A stretch of 64,000 nt of DNA from Selaginella moellendorffii (GCF_000143415.4 NW_003314286.1:1177718-1241717); one strand, 5' to 3'; shown: positions 1 to 14,100, counted from the stretch's first letter. Program-made: numbers and translations. The notes: a model not told the origin generated them from the sequence alone.

Positions 1-687
1 GTATTCGTACTTTGGTGGGTGTGGAGACTTGTACTCATACACCGGTGAAGGATCGTACTTGGGAGGAGGTGGAGACTTGTACTCATACTTTGGTGGGGGT
101 GGAGACTTGTACTCATACACCGGTGAAGGGTCGTACTTAGGAGGAGGTGGAGACTTGTACTCGTATTTTGGTGGTGGTGGTGACTTATACTCATACACAG
201 GTGATGGATCATACTTTGGTGGTGGTGGCGGGGACTTGTATTCGTATTTCGGCGGAGGGGGGGATTTGTACTCGTACACCGGTGAAGGATCATACTTTGG
301 GGGTGGGGGTGGAGATTTGTACTCGTACTTGGGGGGTGGAGGCGATTTGTACTCGTACACTGGTGATGGATCATACTTGAGGGGTGGAGGTGGAGATTTG
401 TACTCATACTTCGGTGGTGGAGGCGATTTGTACTCATACACTGGTGATGGATCATACTTCAGGGGTGGAGGTGGAGATTTGTACTCGTACTTGGGGGGTG
501 GAGGCGATTTGTACTCATACACAGGTGATGGATCATACTCTGGAGGTGGAGGGGACTTGTATTCGTATTTTGGTGGAGGAGGAGACTTGTAGTCCGGGGA
601 TGGAGGATCAACGTCATATGCATTTGCTACTAGTACCATTAGAAGCAGTGGTACGAGGCCGAGGCCTCGTACTTGAGAGGTCCTCAT
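1..687 (-). CDS. Extensin (classical SP4/YXY hydroxyproline-rich cell wall glycoprotein), 3' end outside window
   Basis: Minus-strand ATG at 687 reads MRTSQVRGLGLVPLLLMVLVANAYDVDPPSPDYKSPPPPKYEYKSPPPPEYDPSPVYEYKSPPPP...: a hydrophobic signal peptide, then SPPPP and YEY cross-linking repeats. Open to the window edge. Confidence 0.93.
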   Translation of the reverse strand, partial: MRTSQVRGLGLVPLLLMVLVANAYDVDPPSPDYKSPPPPKYEYKSPPPPEYDPSPVYEYKSPPPPKYEYKSPPPPLKYDPSPVYEYKSPPPPKYEYKSPPPPLKYDPSPVYEYKSPPPPKYEYKSPPPPPKYDPSPVYEYKSPPPPKYEYKSPPPPPKYDPSPVYEYKSPPPPKYEYKSPPPPKYDPSPVYEYKSPPPPKYEYKSPPPPKYDPSPVYEYKSPHPPKYEY

Positions 688-730
688 GGTTGGATTTCCT
701 CCGGCTCCAGTCAGTGCTTTCGAGTTCCAC

Positions 731-814
731 CTGAAGAGAAAAGTGCGAAGGGATTTCAGAGAAGATCGAATGAAGCACGCCCTTGTGGAGAAGAAGACCG
801 AAAGAGCAACATAC
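731..814 (-). other. Probable 5'-UTR intron of the extensin gene
   Basis: GTATGT donor at 814 and pyrimidine-rich TTTTCTCTTCAG acceptor ending at 731, between the TATA box and the ATG. Confidence 0.55.
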
Positions 815-930
815 CACAAAGTTCCTGGATTAGATTGCTGCTGCTATTTCTATTCCCCCCCTGTGGCTCTTGGGGACTTCTCGAGCCCCTGGAAACCTGG
901 TCTGCCTTGCCAACATGGCGAGCAGCGCCA

Positions 931-936
931 TTTATA
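931..936 (-). promoter_or_regulatory. TATA box of the extensin gene
   Basis: TATAAA on the minus strand ~245 bp upstream of the ATG. Confidence 0.5.
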
Positions 937-1264
937 CTCGCCAAAGATCGTGGTGGTGGCATGGGTTTAAACTAGTCCGCTCGCTTTGGAAAACGCACCC
1001 CGCTCTGAATGATTCAAATCTTTGCGGCTGCCAGCCAGTCCGGAACGAGCATGTTTCACCTAAGTATCATAGTTTTCTGGCTTCGCGATTTCTCTTCTCG
1101 TTACTTTCGTCCTTTTTTTCTCCTTGCAGGAACGAGGCCAGACTGTCGAGAGAGAAAGAAAGAGAGGAAACGAGCCTCCGTGTTTTCTCACGATGGCTCT
1201 GCCTTGACTTTGAGATATCAAGTGGGGCACACGCGGATCAACGACTAAGTAGCGAAAACACGGC

Positions 1265-1411
1265 NNNNNNNNNNNNNNNNNNNNNNNNNNNNNNNNNNNN
1301 NNNNNNNNNNNNNNNNNNNNNNNNNNNNNNNNNNNNNNNNNNNNNNNNNNNNNNNNNNNNNNNNNNNNNNNNNNNNNNNNNNNNNNNNNNNNNNNNNNNN
1401 NNNNNNNNNNN
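1265..1411. other. Assembly gap (N run)
   Basis: 147 Ns. Confidence 0.99.
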
Positions 1412-2777
1412 TTAACTGGCCAGAGGGATCATGGGCGAATTTAAAGCTGGGAAGCAGGCTCGAAAGCAGCGAAGCTCAAGAGTTGAAAACTTTACTCTTT
1501 TGAAATGGATTCGATTTGTTTTTTTGTGTGTTTGTTTGATCGAGAATCATCCAAGCCAAAAGTCTTCCAGCAGAGGAATCGGGTTTAGTGCCTTGTGTTC
1601 CGCTACTGTGATCAGCCATTTAATGGATTGTCTTCTCCTGGATCTTTGCACACGTTTTAACTGGTCTCGTAAGTGGAAGAGATTTTTTACACTGTAGCTT
1701 GCATTTCACTCGTTTACAGATGTAGTTGTTATCGTCAAAGAGATGCGAAGGAGCTGACTTGCGGCCGTGAATGCTCCCATGTGTTCTTGGAAGTCGAGGG
1801 AAAGGTTTTGTGTGTCATGTTTGTGGAGATGGATCATTCGTGAGCCAAACAATTAAAATAAAATACAATAAAGGATATGTCTTTAAAAGGAATTAAATTT
1901 CCATTCTATTATTTATAAAAATTGAGTTTTATAAATCATTATTTTAATTTATTAAATGGGAATAACTTCTATAAAATTATTGATAACTTATAAATTGATA
2001 TCAAGAAATGAATTTTCTTTTTTTATAATTGCATTGCCATCTTTAAGATTTTGCATTACACAATAACCATTTAATTTTAATGCCAAGAGAATGATTATAA
2101 AAGACTTGTAAAATTTAATCTTTGCAATTGCTATCTGTTGCATGTAGCAACACTTGGTTTGCTTAATAATAGTGTTATTCCTACTTAATTGATCAAATAA
2201 AAGTTTATAATTATAAGCATGTTTGTAATTTATAAACACAAGATTAATCTTATTGCATATCAACCATTAGATGGTAGAATAAAATAAAATATACTAGAAA
2301 GTTTAAAAATTATAAACATGTTTATAGATTATAAATACAAAATTAATCTAAATGAATAAAAACCGTTAGATGGTAAAATATCTTAAAATATCCAGATATA
2401 TCCACTAGGGTTTGTTAAAGCCAACCAAAAATATATTATAAAATACATTATTGATTTATATTTACATTACAAAAAGCAAGCAGTGGAGATGAAATGGCAA
2501 AAGTGATCACCACAGCAGCATTGGAAATCTAAATGGCCTTCAAGTCAGAAGTTTCATCCTGATTAATCTCTTGAGAGTTTCCTCTATGTTCGTCTTGTAT
2601 TTTTCAACCCATGCAGCAGACGATGCCACAACTAACTTAGATACACAAAGGCAGCTATATAATGCATCAATACAATTGATACTTTATAAAGTTTTATTAT
2701 TTAGTTACATTTAAAATGTAAATTCTAAAAAATAAAAACTTTTATACTTAATAACTTCAAGTTTTTTAGACAAACAT

Positions 2778-4397
2778 TTACAAGTCAAATGTTTTTCCAT
2801 CATGTTGCTTATGATGTATGTTTGCAAGCAAGACATAAGCAGCCGCATTTCGAGAATCCATGCGAAGGAGATTACTTGCGGCCCATGTACCATGGCAAAG
2901 GCTTCCATATGTTCTGCAAGCACCAAGGAAACAAACCCACTCAAGGGGGCCAATCTCAAATGGCATGCTGTCGATGAGCTCCAGTGCGTCTTGCAAATAC
3001 GTTGCTCTTGCAAGCAAGTCCAGGATGCAGCAGTAGTGCTGCTTTACGGGGATCAGTCCATAGTCCACAAACATCGATCCAAAGCAGCTCCTTGCACGCA
3101 AAATTATCCCCAAGTGACTGCAAGAAAACAAAGCCATTGCGAAGCATATCTCGTCTGGTGTCTCCACAGTGGTCATGGAGTTAAACACACATATTACATC
3201 TCCAAAACAACCGGCTTGCCAGTAAGACGAAACTAGAGCGCTCCACGAGATGCAGCTGTGGCTAGGCATGGTATCAAAGACCATTACGGAATTTCGCAGA
3301 TGCCCCTTTTGGGCATATGCCAGCACTAGACAGTTCCACGTTACAAGGCTTCGAACGGGCATCTTATCAAAGATAAACCTTGCGTTCTCCAAATCACCGT
3401 CCTGCGTGTGGGCCCAGATCATACAGTTGCATGACACAACGCTCCTCTCCGGCATATATCTAAACAAACGCTTGGCATCATCAAGATAGCCCGACCCGGT
3501 ATATGCTGCAAGAAGGGCATTCCATGTCACCACGTCACGCTGCGCCATTGCGTCGAATACATGCTTTGCTTCCTCCAGCTGACGCGCTTGTCCGTACATC
3601 GCAACCAATGCCGTGCACGAGAACCGGTCAAGTTCAGGGACAGCATCGTAAAGATGCTTAGCCTCCGCAAGGTGCCCCGCTTGGGCATATGCCGCCAGCA
3701 TGGAGTTCCACGTCACCATGTTTGCCTCTGGCATGTGGCTGAAACACCAGTTGCATTCTTCCACGTGGCCTTCCCGGGCAAATGCTGCCAGCATGGCATT
3801 ACAGCAGACTAAAGTCGTCTGTGGCATCTCGCTGTAGATACTCTTTGCTTCGTCGAGGTAGCCTCCGTGGGAATATCCAACGAGCATCGAGGTCCAGGAA
3901 AAGGTATCTCGCACGGGCATTGTGTCAAACACATATCTCGCCTCCTCGAGATGCCCATGACGGGAATATGCAAAAAGCATCGTGTTCCACAGAACAATAT
4001 TCCTCTGTGGCACTGAATCGAACAGGCCCTTTGCCTCCTCCAGATAACCATGCTGGGAATATGTCGACATCATAACGCCCCACGACACGAGATTCCGTAG
4101 TGGCATGATGTCGAACGCCCACTTGGCATCTCCAAGATGCCCGTTCTGGGAATATGCGACCTGCATGAGCACCCACGAGAAAGAATCTCTAATCCCGTCC
4201 ATGGAATCAAACACATTGCGCGCGTCTCCAGCACTCCCACACTTGCCATACATCTCAATGAGCTTGTTACACAAGAAAACATCTCTGCGGACGTTTGGCA
4301 GGGAAGCAGTAACTTGGGAGTGAATTTCCCTAGCCTTGGCAAGAGAGCTGCAGGCCTGTATGAGCTCCAAGGATTCATCTCTTTGCAACACTGGCAT
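2778..4397 (-). CDS. PLS-class pentatricopeptide repeat protein with E domain, no DYW (organellar RNA-editing factor type)
   Basis: Intronless 539-aa ORF with ~31-aa repeats (W..ml.aYs..G.l.eA..lFd.Mp.r) and a C-terminal HYCCILDLLARA...MPF...W..FLGACR...AYVLLANI E-domain. Confidence 0.93.
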   Translation of the reverse strand: MPVLQRDESLELIQACSSLAKAREIHSQVTASLPNVRRDVFLCNKLIEMYGKCGSAGDARNVFDSMDGIRDSFSWVLMQVAYSQNGHLGDAKWAFDIMPLRNLVSWGVMMSTYSQHGYLEEAKGLFDSVPQRNIVLWNTMLFAYSRHGHLEEARYVFDTMPVRDTFSWTSMLVGYSHGGYLDEAKSIYSEMPQTTLVCCNAMLAAFAREGHVEECNWCFSHMPEANMVTWNSMLAAYAQAGHLAEAKHLYDAVPELDRFSCTALVAMYGQARQLEEAKHVFDAMAQRDVVTWNALLAAYTGSGYLDDAKRLFRYMPERSVVSCNCMIWAHTQDGDLENARFIFDKMPVRSLVTWNCLVLAYAQKGHLRNSVMVFDTMPSHSCISWSALVSSYWQAGCFGDVICVFNSMTTVETPDEICFAMALFSCSHLGIILRARSCFGSMFVDYGLIPVKQHYCCILDLLARATYLQDALELIDSMPFEIGPLEWVCFLGACRTYGSLCHGTWAASNLLRMDSRNAAAYVLLANIHHKQHDGKTFDL

Positions 4398-4724
4398 GTA
4401 AAGCTATCCTTGCATTATTATCATTCTCTTCAAAGCCATGGACCCATGCAAGAAAAGTTGGCTGTCTTTTGAAATAATTTGAGCTGCTTTTTCATGCCAG
4501 GCATATCTTTGGGGAAGAGTAGTGCTCTGGATTCACTGCAAAAGCCCAGACTGCTAAAGTATATAATGCTGACATATTCTCTTTGATTCCAATCTCAAAA
4601 AGATTGTTCGGTCTCCCCTTCGACGACTGGCGTTGACCTGCTTTGAGGAAAGTTTGTTGTCGTTGTGTCGCCTATGAAAGATAGTCAGTGGGTGTTTTCG
4701 AGTTGAAATTCTATGGTTATGGTT

Positions 4725-5817
4725 TCACCAGTGTTCGTAGTGTTTTTTGCGTTTGGAGCTCTCTTCTACATCTGCGGGGCCTTTGCAAGGTCCATGGTTC
4801 TCGTCTTCTGAAGAAGCTCGAGGCTGGGGCTTCCTCCGCCTACGGTTGTGATCCGCTAGCCTCTTTCGGCAACTCCTCTTGCCCTCGTCAAACTCCAACA
4901 GTGCATGAAACCTGTAGTAGCATTCACTCATATAGGAGACGAGTGTCAGAACAAGTTATAAAACCGACTTCAAGTAAAACTATAGAAACGATTATGAACC
5001 TGCTGCATTGCTGGCAAAAGCGCTGGGTCTCGCCGTTGGCAGCAGTGACCGTGGAGGCCTTGGAATGCATCTCACAGACTTTGTGCCTCCTGTGGTAGTG
5101 CTTGGCGGTGCTTAGATCCGCTCTACAGCCCAGAGCTTGGCATAGAGGACCAGGCATTGGCTGTGATACCACTGAAGAAGAAGCGAGTAACTCCAGGTGA
5201 CCATGATCTACTAGCCTCGGTCGCTTGCTTGCCAGCAGCGCCACCATCACGTCCTTCTCTGGCCAATAATCGTCTTCCGTGGAGAAGTACGTTCTCCTAC
5301 CCAAATCCAGTCCAATCCTCATGCCGGATTGGTTGATGGGCTGCTCCGGTGATCGTTTCAAGTGCTCCTGGTGCTGCTCGTAGTGTTGGAGCTGATGTGC
5401 TTCTAGCAAGCTACTTGGAGCAGCGACCATGGACGAGTTATAGTGATGAGTACTTAGCTGAGAAGCGCTGCCACTGAAATAGACCCAGCCGCTCGACGAT
5501 GGCGATGGTGTTCTGGTGAGATTATAATCGTCAGACGCAGGAGCAGCAGCAGTGGCGCAAGGATTCAGGAAATGCGAAGACGAGTTGAGCAAAAGAGTGC
5601 CATTCAGGCTAGCTGTGTTATCGCTTGTGTGATTGATTGGCCAGGTCAAGTCTCCTCCTTGCATTTGCTGCTGCTGCTGTTGTTGAAACCTCAGAGTGGT
5701 GATCATATTCCCCTGGTAGATCATGGTTCTCTTTTTTCTTGGAAAGAACCTTTTCAATGGTTGAAACTTACAGCTCTTCCTTGCTGAGAAATTTGTCTGG
5801 AACGTGCTCAATAGCAT
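4725..5817 (-). CDS. SPL8: SQUAMOSA promoter-binding-like (SBP-box) transcription factor, SPL8-like; exons ~5817-5000 and 4911-4725, possible third exon from 4671
   Basis: SBP domain [28 protein letters not shown]...RFCQQCSR|[27 protein letters not shown] is split by a GT-AG intron (4999-4912) at the conserved position. The upstream [13 protein letters not shown] motif is typical of the SPL8 clade. True start and 3' end are uncertain. Confidence 0.88.
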
Positions 5818-7329
5818 TGTAGGATGGAAGAAAAAGATCTAAGGTACTATAGTCTATCTATGTCTCTCAAGATCCAACGCTCTCTTTGTACTCTATAAGG
5901 AAGAGACACACACAGTTGTCCATAATCCATTGCTGCTCTCTTAATCAATCAATGCAGGAAGCCATGGAAGTTGCAGGCACAGGAAGTTGCAGGCACAGCA
6001 GCCGTCGATGCAGGATAGATTCTAACGCCTAGCTTTGGCAACGTTGCACTCTGCTAGCTAGCAGATGACCCAGATTTGAATTTTCTAAAATATCTTTGGG
6101 GATGGTCCAAAATTAATTTAGATTTCTTTTGTAAGATTTTTAGCTGATTATGTTGACTTGAGTTGACTTGTGCTAGAAAATGAAGGTTTTAATGAACTTT
6201 AAAATATTGAAATTTATAAATATCTGAGCTAAAATTTTCTATTAGATTGAGTTGTTTTAAAAACCTATCATTTTTATTGTTATAGCTGTCATATTTTGAT
6301 TTGACTACTTCATATTTTAACTATTTTTACAGCTGTGATATAGTTATATACTATTCCTTCATTCAAATTTTTTTTAGGGTTCTTGAAGCAAGGAAAATAA
6401 AAGATATGTGAGCATTTTTATCCATTATGAGAGTGGTCTCTACATTCCCAGATAGGTAATAAGGACTAAGAGTGTAATATAGAGGTAATGAAATGAAATT
6501 AATATTCTCACATTCTTTTGTATTACAACTTTTATTCTTATTACTTCTGAAACAATAGTCTAGAGTAAGAGAAATAAAGAAGTGAGCAACATAACAGAAA
6601 GCATCAAGAAATCTACTCTATAAAACTTTCTATGACATTTATAATTTATATATTAATTGATATAAAAAACTCTCTTTCCTGCCTATATCACAATCCTTCC
6701 ATATAAAAAGACTAAGGTATAATTTTGCAATGAATCCCCAATAAGAGTTTTCGGGAGTTGTTTGTGAATAATAATAAAAGAAATCAAAATATTTTAAAAG
6801 ACTCAAAAGTAATATCACATCATAGAATCAACTCTATCTATATTTCCAAGACTAAAAGTTAATCTCACATAAGAAAATGGTAGCATGCCAACATACCTTA
6901 CCACTATAATGTGGTCTATATTTACCTAGAAAATTGGCATATGTAGCAAAGAATATATATATAGCTAAGTAGGTTTTCATCAAAATGATAGAGCATATTT
7001 ATACACAATAATCTAAAATTCTAGAAGCAAGCTATGATTATAAAGCCCCATTTCTGAGACTAACATTTCAAAGATTTGAGTATTATCAATATCATAATAA
7101 ATAAACCTCATTCCCAAAACTAAAACTTAATAAAACTTCGATCAATCAGTCCAATCCTAACAACGATCCAATTCCTTGGAGAATAGAATTAGTTGGCTTG
7201 ATTTGTCAAAATGCTTGGTCATGCACACATGTGCTCAACACACGTACATGATATAAACTACCTAAAAAAGTTATGGTCATTGTAGTTTTTTTTTGTTCTC
7301 CTTGAACTCCTTAGAAGTTTGTATAGAAA

Positions 7330-7869
7330 TGGCTTGAAGGAAAGTTACTATTACTTATATTTGGCCTCATAACATTTCATATCAATCTCTATATCCATCT
7401 CTAAGTTTTACTAACATACCACTTTTACCTCTACATAACAATCTTCTTTTTGCTAGAGGCTTTAGTGAAGTTGAACTAAAGCTCCCTATATATGAAATTT
7501 TAGATTTTGCTATTATAGAGGGATTGCCTCCAGTGCTTCAAGAGCAATACCACATGTTTTTACAAAATCTTGCTCTTGATATGGTGGGACTATTTAAAAG
7601 CATAAAATGTTATTATATTTAATGTCCAATATACTACTTTTTTTTGGACAAGATAAATGGCTTCATGGGTTTACAAACTTTTCTTAAGCACTATAGCAAT
7701 TGCTCAATGGTGGGTCTAGAAAATATGCGGATGTATAATAGATTCAAGAATGAGTTATGAGCACATACTCACTATTGTTTCATAGTGAGGAATAATATCC
7801 CTTTGGGAAATATTGCATTTGATAGTGTGAAATGTAGAGCTTTTAGGCCTCTCTACAGTGGAATGTAAG
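7330..7869 (+). pseudogene. Decayed coding-like stretch of unknown identity, probably TE-derived
   Basis: One frame reads ~160 codons with two stops (...FARGFSEVELKLPIYEILDFAIIEGLPPVLQEQY...VKCRAFRPLYSGM*) in otherwise AT-rich, CG-depleted DNA. Confidence 0.3.
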
Positions 7870-8183
7870 ATTTAGAATTACTTTACTATACTATAGTATT
7901 TTTTATTTTAAAAGAAAAAAAAATAATGAAATGATATTAGTTGTAGGTAATATACTTTGTTCTAGACGGTGCTATTATATCACATACAATTATTTATAAG
8001 ATGTTGAAGCAAGAGATGGCAACATATAAGTGCTAAACAGTGATGGTGACAAGTGAGAATGATAATTTGCAATTATGATATCTAACATTGGCACTATGAT
8101 TGACATATGACACTATTATTGAAATTTGACACTTTCACAGACATTTGACATATAACAACTTTTCATTTTATGTAAGGGTGCAA

Positions 8184-11100
8184 TTAGCTTTCTTTTGCCT
8201 CATCATCAACATATTGATTTCTTTTATGCCTCCTCCTATATTAGTATTGTGGGGAAATATAAGTGACTAAATTTTCCATTTTACTTTGTCACTTAACCAC
8301 ATCTTTGACCATTTGGAAGAGTCTCACTTATAACATCCATAAATCTTATTTTTGACTTGGGGACATATTAGCCCCGTGAGTGGCATTTATACCATACAAC
8401 CTTTGCAATTGGTCCAAGTGCTTCATGTGTTTGATCTTATGATAGAAACCCAAATATACCATTGACATATCAACCCATTATGCTAAGGGTATATCCATTC
8501 ATTTTTGTCTTGTAGGTAGTTCAAGACCACCCGTACCATAGTCTTGTCTCCCAAAGACTAGGCCATTTGTCCATAAATGGTCATCCTAAGACCACACTTT
8601 AGCATCCTTAGGATATCTGAAGGCATAGAAAAACCTTTTCCCAATGTCCTTTTTTCAGTTCCCACCAAGTCCCTTTCCATCCACGGCCATGCTCACCAAC
8701 ACCACCACTAGGTCAAGGCTAAAGGCCCAATTACTAAATCCTATTGACCTCTGAGACTTCCTCACTATATGAGCATATCCTTAGTCATTACACAAGAGGA
8801 TTGCTTTTTTTCCTTTCCACAATCTAAGACTTTGGGATGACATTTTGAAGCACTATAGCTCTATACAAGTCTCATGGGTACTCTCCCCACCTTTTGCCTT
8901 TATATGCTCTAGCCATGTGGCTAGAGCGAGGTTTTGATGAGCCACTCCAAGTATCCAAGTAGCTAGTGGCACTCACACTTGGATTGGGAGCATCGATGAT
9001 TTGATCTTCTATGGGAGCTAAAATTAGTTCTTGAACATTTCACCAAGTTACCCCACTTGTTCATCTGGACTCCTCAATAGTTATATCATCATCCACCACG
9101 TGAGTATAACCCTCCTTAGTCACATTAGCCTTTCTTGGCCAAATTGGTTCCACTAGAGTCCTCCCCCTACTCTCACCAAACCCTCTGGGGTCTGGGAAAC
9201 AATTGCTTGGGCTTTCACCCTTAAACTTGGACTTGGACTTAGACTTGGACTCGAACTCAGACTTGAGCTTGGATTTGGTCTTGGCCTCGATCTCAATCTT
9301 GGTCTCAGCCTCGGTCTTAGTATTGGTCTCGATCTCAGTCTTGGTCTCAATTTTAGTCTCCGTCCCCATCTCAGAGTCATTCTCGAACTTCTTTTCAGAC
9401 TACATCTTGGATCCCTTCTCGGACTCCTTCTTAGACTTCATCTCAGATTCCTTTTTGAACTCCATCTTAGACTCCTTCTCGAACTCCATTTTAGATTCCT
9501 TCTTAGACTCCTCGAACTTCATCTTGGACTCCTTCTCGAACTTCATCTCGGACTCCTTCTTGGACTTCTTCTCGAACTTTATGTCCGACTCCTTCTTGAA
9601 CTCCGTTTCAGACTCCTTTTCGGACTCGATGCCGACACTTCCATGTGTTACAACATTTGCTATATGTTAATCTTTCTTGTGTCTCGTTTTAGAGATTCAT
9701 TTACCAATTGCTTCATGCTTATTCCTCAAGCACTTTGTTTGGAATTCCACTCCCGCTCTTGACTTTCCAAGTCAGAGCTTTTGGTCCAAATATGTTATGC
9801 TTGTTAGACTTCCACTTTGACCACTACCATATGGCACTCTTTGGGCTCCAATTTAGGACTTAGGTATTTGTGTCTCACAACTCTATCACCCATATAAGAA
9901 GTTTGATGTCCTCATCGAATGATAAATCATTTTATAAGTTAACCTTATTATGGATTATTATTTTCATGCCAATATTCATTGATGGTTCAACATCAAAGGC
10001 TCATCATGCCTTGCCCATTCTCTAAGAAGTATAATCTCTCCATCTTAGAAACTCATAAGATCACTTGTATCAGTTTTATTTCTTTGTTTGTTTAGCTCTC
10101 ACTAAACCCATTAAAGACACTTTCTTTATCTCAATTTTACTACTTATTCTGAAGTAGTCTTGGTATAGCACATGTGATCATGGGATGAAATTTAGATATA
10201 CTGTCACTGTGAATCTTTGGAACCTTGGGGGATAAATAAGGATAAAATAGTTATTAAGGGTTTTCTCATAAAGTAATTACCCCTTTTCTAGTTAATTTAA
10301 GAGGAGAAAAATAGGGTGCATTACATTTGGCCTCTATTAACATAACCATCATATTTTAGAATTTTGATATTGATTTCTTGAGACACCTTACATTGCATAT
10401 ACTGTGCAAACTCTACTTTCCTATCCTAGAAAATTTTTGAGAGCATCATCATCTTCTTTTTTATTTTATACCACTCTAAGCATTAAATTCCATTTATTTA
10501 TGATTTATGCTAAGGCTATCTATGGCCTTATTATTTGGCTACCTTGCTACTCCATCTCTTAGAGCTTTCACCTTTGCTATACTAGAGCATTTGGGAAATC
10601 CATCCTTAAAAAGATTTTTCCTTTTCCACAATTCGTTAGCATCTATGGTGGTTCCTTGCCTAATTTATATTTTGGATTCCTTTCAGTAATTGTTAAGGCC
10701 CCTTCTTAGTCACTAGTCTTTCACTCCTATCATTTGACTATTGCACAAGTAAAATAGAATCACTACCTTATATATCTTTTCAGTTCCATAGCAAAAGCTT
10801 TGTTTTGCCAAGTTTAGGGGTGTTCAACCCTAATAGTCTCTTTAGTATTTTTTGCTATGGGCTCTATCCTTAGCTTAATCTTGCGACCCTCCTTTATGTC
10901 CTTCCTTAGAGACTACTTTTCTTGGACTTACAATACTATTGTATTTCATAGCTCATTTCCTTTAGATGTCTTTCCCACTTGGTCACTTTAACTAAGTCAA
11001 CATATAGGAGGACTAAACCTTCCTCTTCTCTTGCAAAATTTAGGCTCAAACTTAACTTGCCTTTCACAATTTCAAGTTTAGTAGCCATCTCGAGCACTTT

Positions 11101-14100
11101 AGTTGCCTAGGGGGACAAAGTTATTCAAATCCCTCAATCTTCTTTGCACTTAATCCCTTGATCTTCTTCACGCTCAATCCCTCAATTTCTCACGCACTCC
11201 ACTCACAGTGTGAATAGTAACCTAATCTTGGCAGTTACCCTCACCATACTATTTATATAAATCATTACTTGGAGCTAAGAACACTATTCCTTAATCTAAC
11301 AAAGAGTTTATCCTTGACTATCAGCCATGGAATCATCTAGTGATCCCACATAGGTAGTTTAATGAGTTTACCAATATACACTAAGTCCACTAGACCTTTA
11401 AGTTGTTGACCATGACCCTTGGAGATTTCCCACACTTGGCGGTACACCCAAGCTAACCCTTCCAAGGGTCCATAACAATTAAGACTAGGTATCCCCATTT
11501 CATTCATCACATCCTTGGTGCCACTTGCACCAAAGTGTTCAAATTATATATGCTAAACTTTCACACTAAGCAATTTAACTGTGTATCAAGACTTTGAGGC
11601 ATCCCCCACTTGGTGGTGTACCCAAGCCAACCTCTTTACTGAGAGTCCATGACCACCGAAAAATAAATCTCCTCATATTCCAAATAATCACTATGTCTTA
11701 GTGAGTTAGGATTTGAACTCAAGCACTAAGACTTGAACCTAATCTTTGCATATGCATCTACCGACAACATCACCTAGGATGTCTGACGTGACTCCCCATG
11801 TTGATACATGAACTTATACTCAAAGGGCTTTATGGATCACAGTTTAGGAATTTAATTCTTTTGAGCTTTTAAGTCCTCTCACTTGATAAGATAGTTAATC
11901 AGTCTATGATCATGCATGAACTCCTCCATGCTTGGCCCTATAAGCCACCCTTTTTTAAGTCAACACCCTCAAATAGAGTCTTTATTCCTTAATTTGCCAT
12001 TCTCACTTAGCAAGTCACATGACTAGCATAATATGGTTCTATGCATAAGCATGAAAGTCTTTAAACATCGACTTTTGTTCAAAATTATCTCTTGAACGCT
12101 TAAGAACTATTTCCTTAACCTTGATAGCCTCACCTCAAGGTAGGCTTCAAGGTCATGCTTTTGCTATGGCATTTTAATGTTGCACATTTCTATAAACCAT
12201 TTACACTTTTTTTTTAAGTATTAATTTACCCAAAATTATCTTTGGGAACATTGAAGGGACTTTGTTTTTTACCTTACTAAGGGTTCTCTTTTTTCAAGCT
12301 TCTTAACTGTCATATAGTCTAATATAGATAATTCCATATATTAGACTCTCTATAGTATTGTAGTTGTTAGTAGCGACACTTTTGAGCACCCACTTGATTC
12401 CCCACTCCCAACTTGCATAACTACTTTTAGCTATACCTTTTGATTCTTATAATTTAGTTCTATCCTTTAATTACTTGCTTTTAGCTTTATACATTCTTTT
12501 CTGTTATTTTCCTTTAGGCCAACAAGATAACTTTGCATTTTTTATTATGCCTTGGCAAGCATTCTTAAAGATGAACTTACTCAATAGCCTAGGGAGTGGT
12601 TCCTCAATCTAGATATATTCACCTTATAATCTCACATATTAGGATTAACATTGTTACTCATAAGCCTTTATATGCCCTTCACTAGTCTTACCAAAATCCT
12701 TTTGGATTTGTCTAATTTGGATAAATAGATTTTTCTTGTCTTTACAATTTTGGACATTGGAATAACACTTATCCATTATTTGCTAGGGTCTTAGTCCCTT
12801 GGGCCTTATTTAATGCTTTTATAAGACAAAACACCACTTCCTTGTGTTTTAAAGTATTTAGATGTCTCAATGATGGGCTTTTTTGACAATAAGCATTTCT
12901 TTTTACGACATCGACTCATTATATCACAACATAAATAATTTATCCCCTAAAGGATATATCTAAAATTTTTATCTCAATAATAAGCCTTGGGAAGTTAACT
13001 TCCACCAATCCAATTAATTATGTCACACATTTTGCTTTGTTGCCTCATAATTGTCAAGTCTTACAATTCATTATTGGTGCTTCCACACCTCCATCATTAT
13101 TTAGGTTAATGCACTTGAATTGCATGCCTTCCAACTTAGGCTATGCCAATCTTATTTCCATAAGATTATTTTGGCAAGGGGTTCTCATGAGCTCACCAAC
13201 TTAACCTCAAGGCATCATCCCTTGAAACATTTGTGATCTCCACCCCATCAATTCTACGAGCTTACCCTCATGACACTTTCCACTTATGTCTAGATCTTGT
13301 CAAAACCAAAGTAATTGTTTCATATGCCAACTATTTGTTAGCATTATAGCTTTCTTCAATGAACACGTTTTTATGACATAAATATAGCACTTTTCGCCAC
13401 TAATAAGATATTCATTGTTATCATACTTGGAACTCATGATCCTTTTAGTCTTTCACTAAGTATAATACATCTCTGTCCAAAATGAATTTCTTGAAGCCTT
13501 TGGGACCATCCTTTGACTCTATTGAGTTATCTAGCTTTTGGACTTTATTAATCTAACATCTTATATGGTCTTGGCCCCCTGATTATCTTTGAGATGCCAC
13601 TACACTTAAATACAACTTTTTATATTTACATCTTATTCACAAGGACCATCTTTGTAAGTGTTATTTTAACATTTATTTATCTTTTATTCTACATGGGCTA
13701 CTTTTGCCCCCCAATATGATGAGAATATCAACTCATCTTTTGAGTACACCCCCTAATTCCTTGGGTTGTTCTAACTTTTATTAAAAGTAGCCTTAGCTAC
13801 AATTTCAAGGATATGTCTTCATCCATATTTCACCTCTCACAGTTATTAACTCTAGTTTTAAATTCATAAGCACCATCTTCAACTATATAAGGATAATTTT
13901 GTGGCTCCTTTATTGTCTTGGAGTCTCTATTTTTCCCATGATCCTAAGAATAGTTATTTACCATAACTATATTAACTAGTTTGTTAAGTCAAATGCTTAT
14001 ATGGATCATATCTTCAACTCTATAAAAAAACTTTCTATTATTCCCAAGATCCCAAAGTCATTTATTAACCTCTTTCTATCCATCACATTGCCAACATATT

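Noticed and set aside
29-592. Plus-strand Gly-rich ORF (GGGGDLYSY repeats)
   Set aside because: Antisense shadow of the minus-strand extensin, which has a signal peptide and canonical SPPPP/YXY motifs.
2200-2410. AT-rich ~98-bp duplication ending near CTAG as a Helitron or MITE end
   Set aside because: No convincing hairpin, TIR pair or TSD.
4500-5817. miR156 target site in the SPL gene
   Set aside because: No GTGCTCTCTCTCTTCTGTCA-like match seen, consistent with the SPL8 clade.
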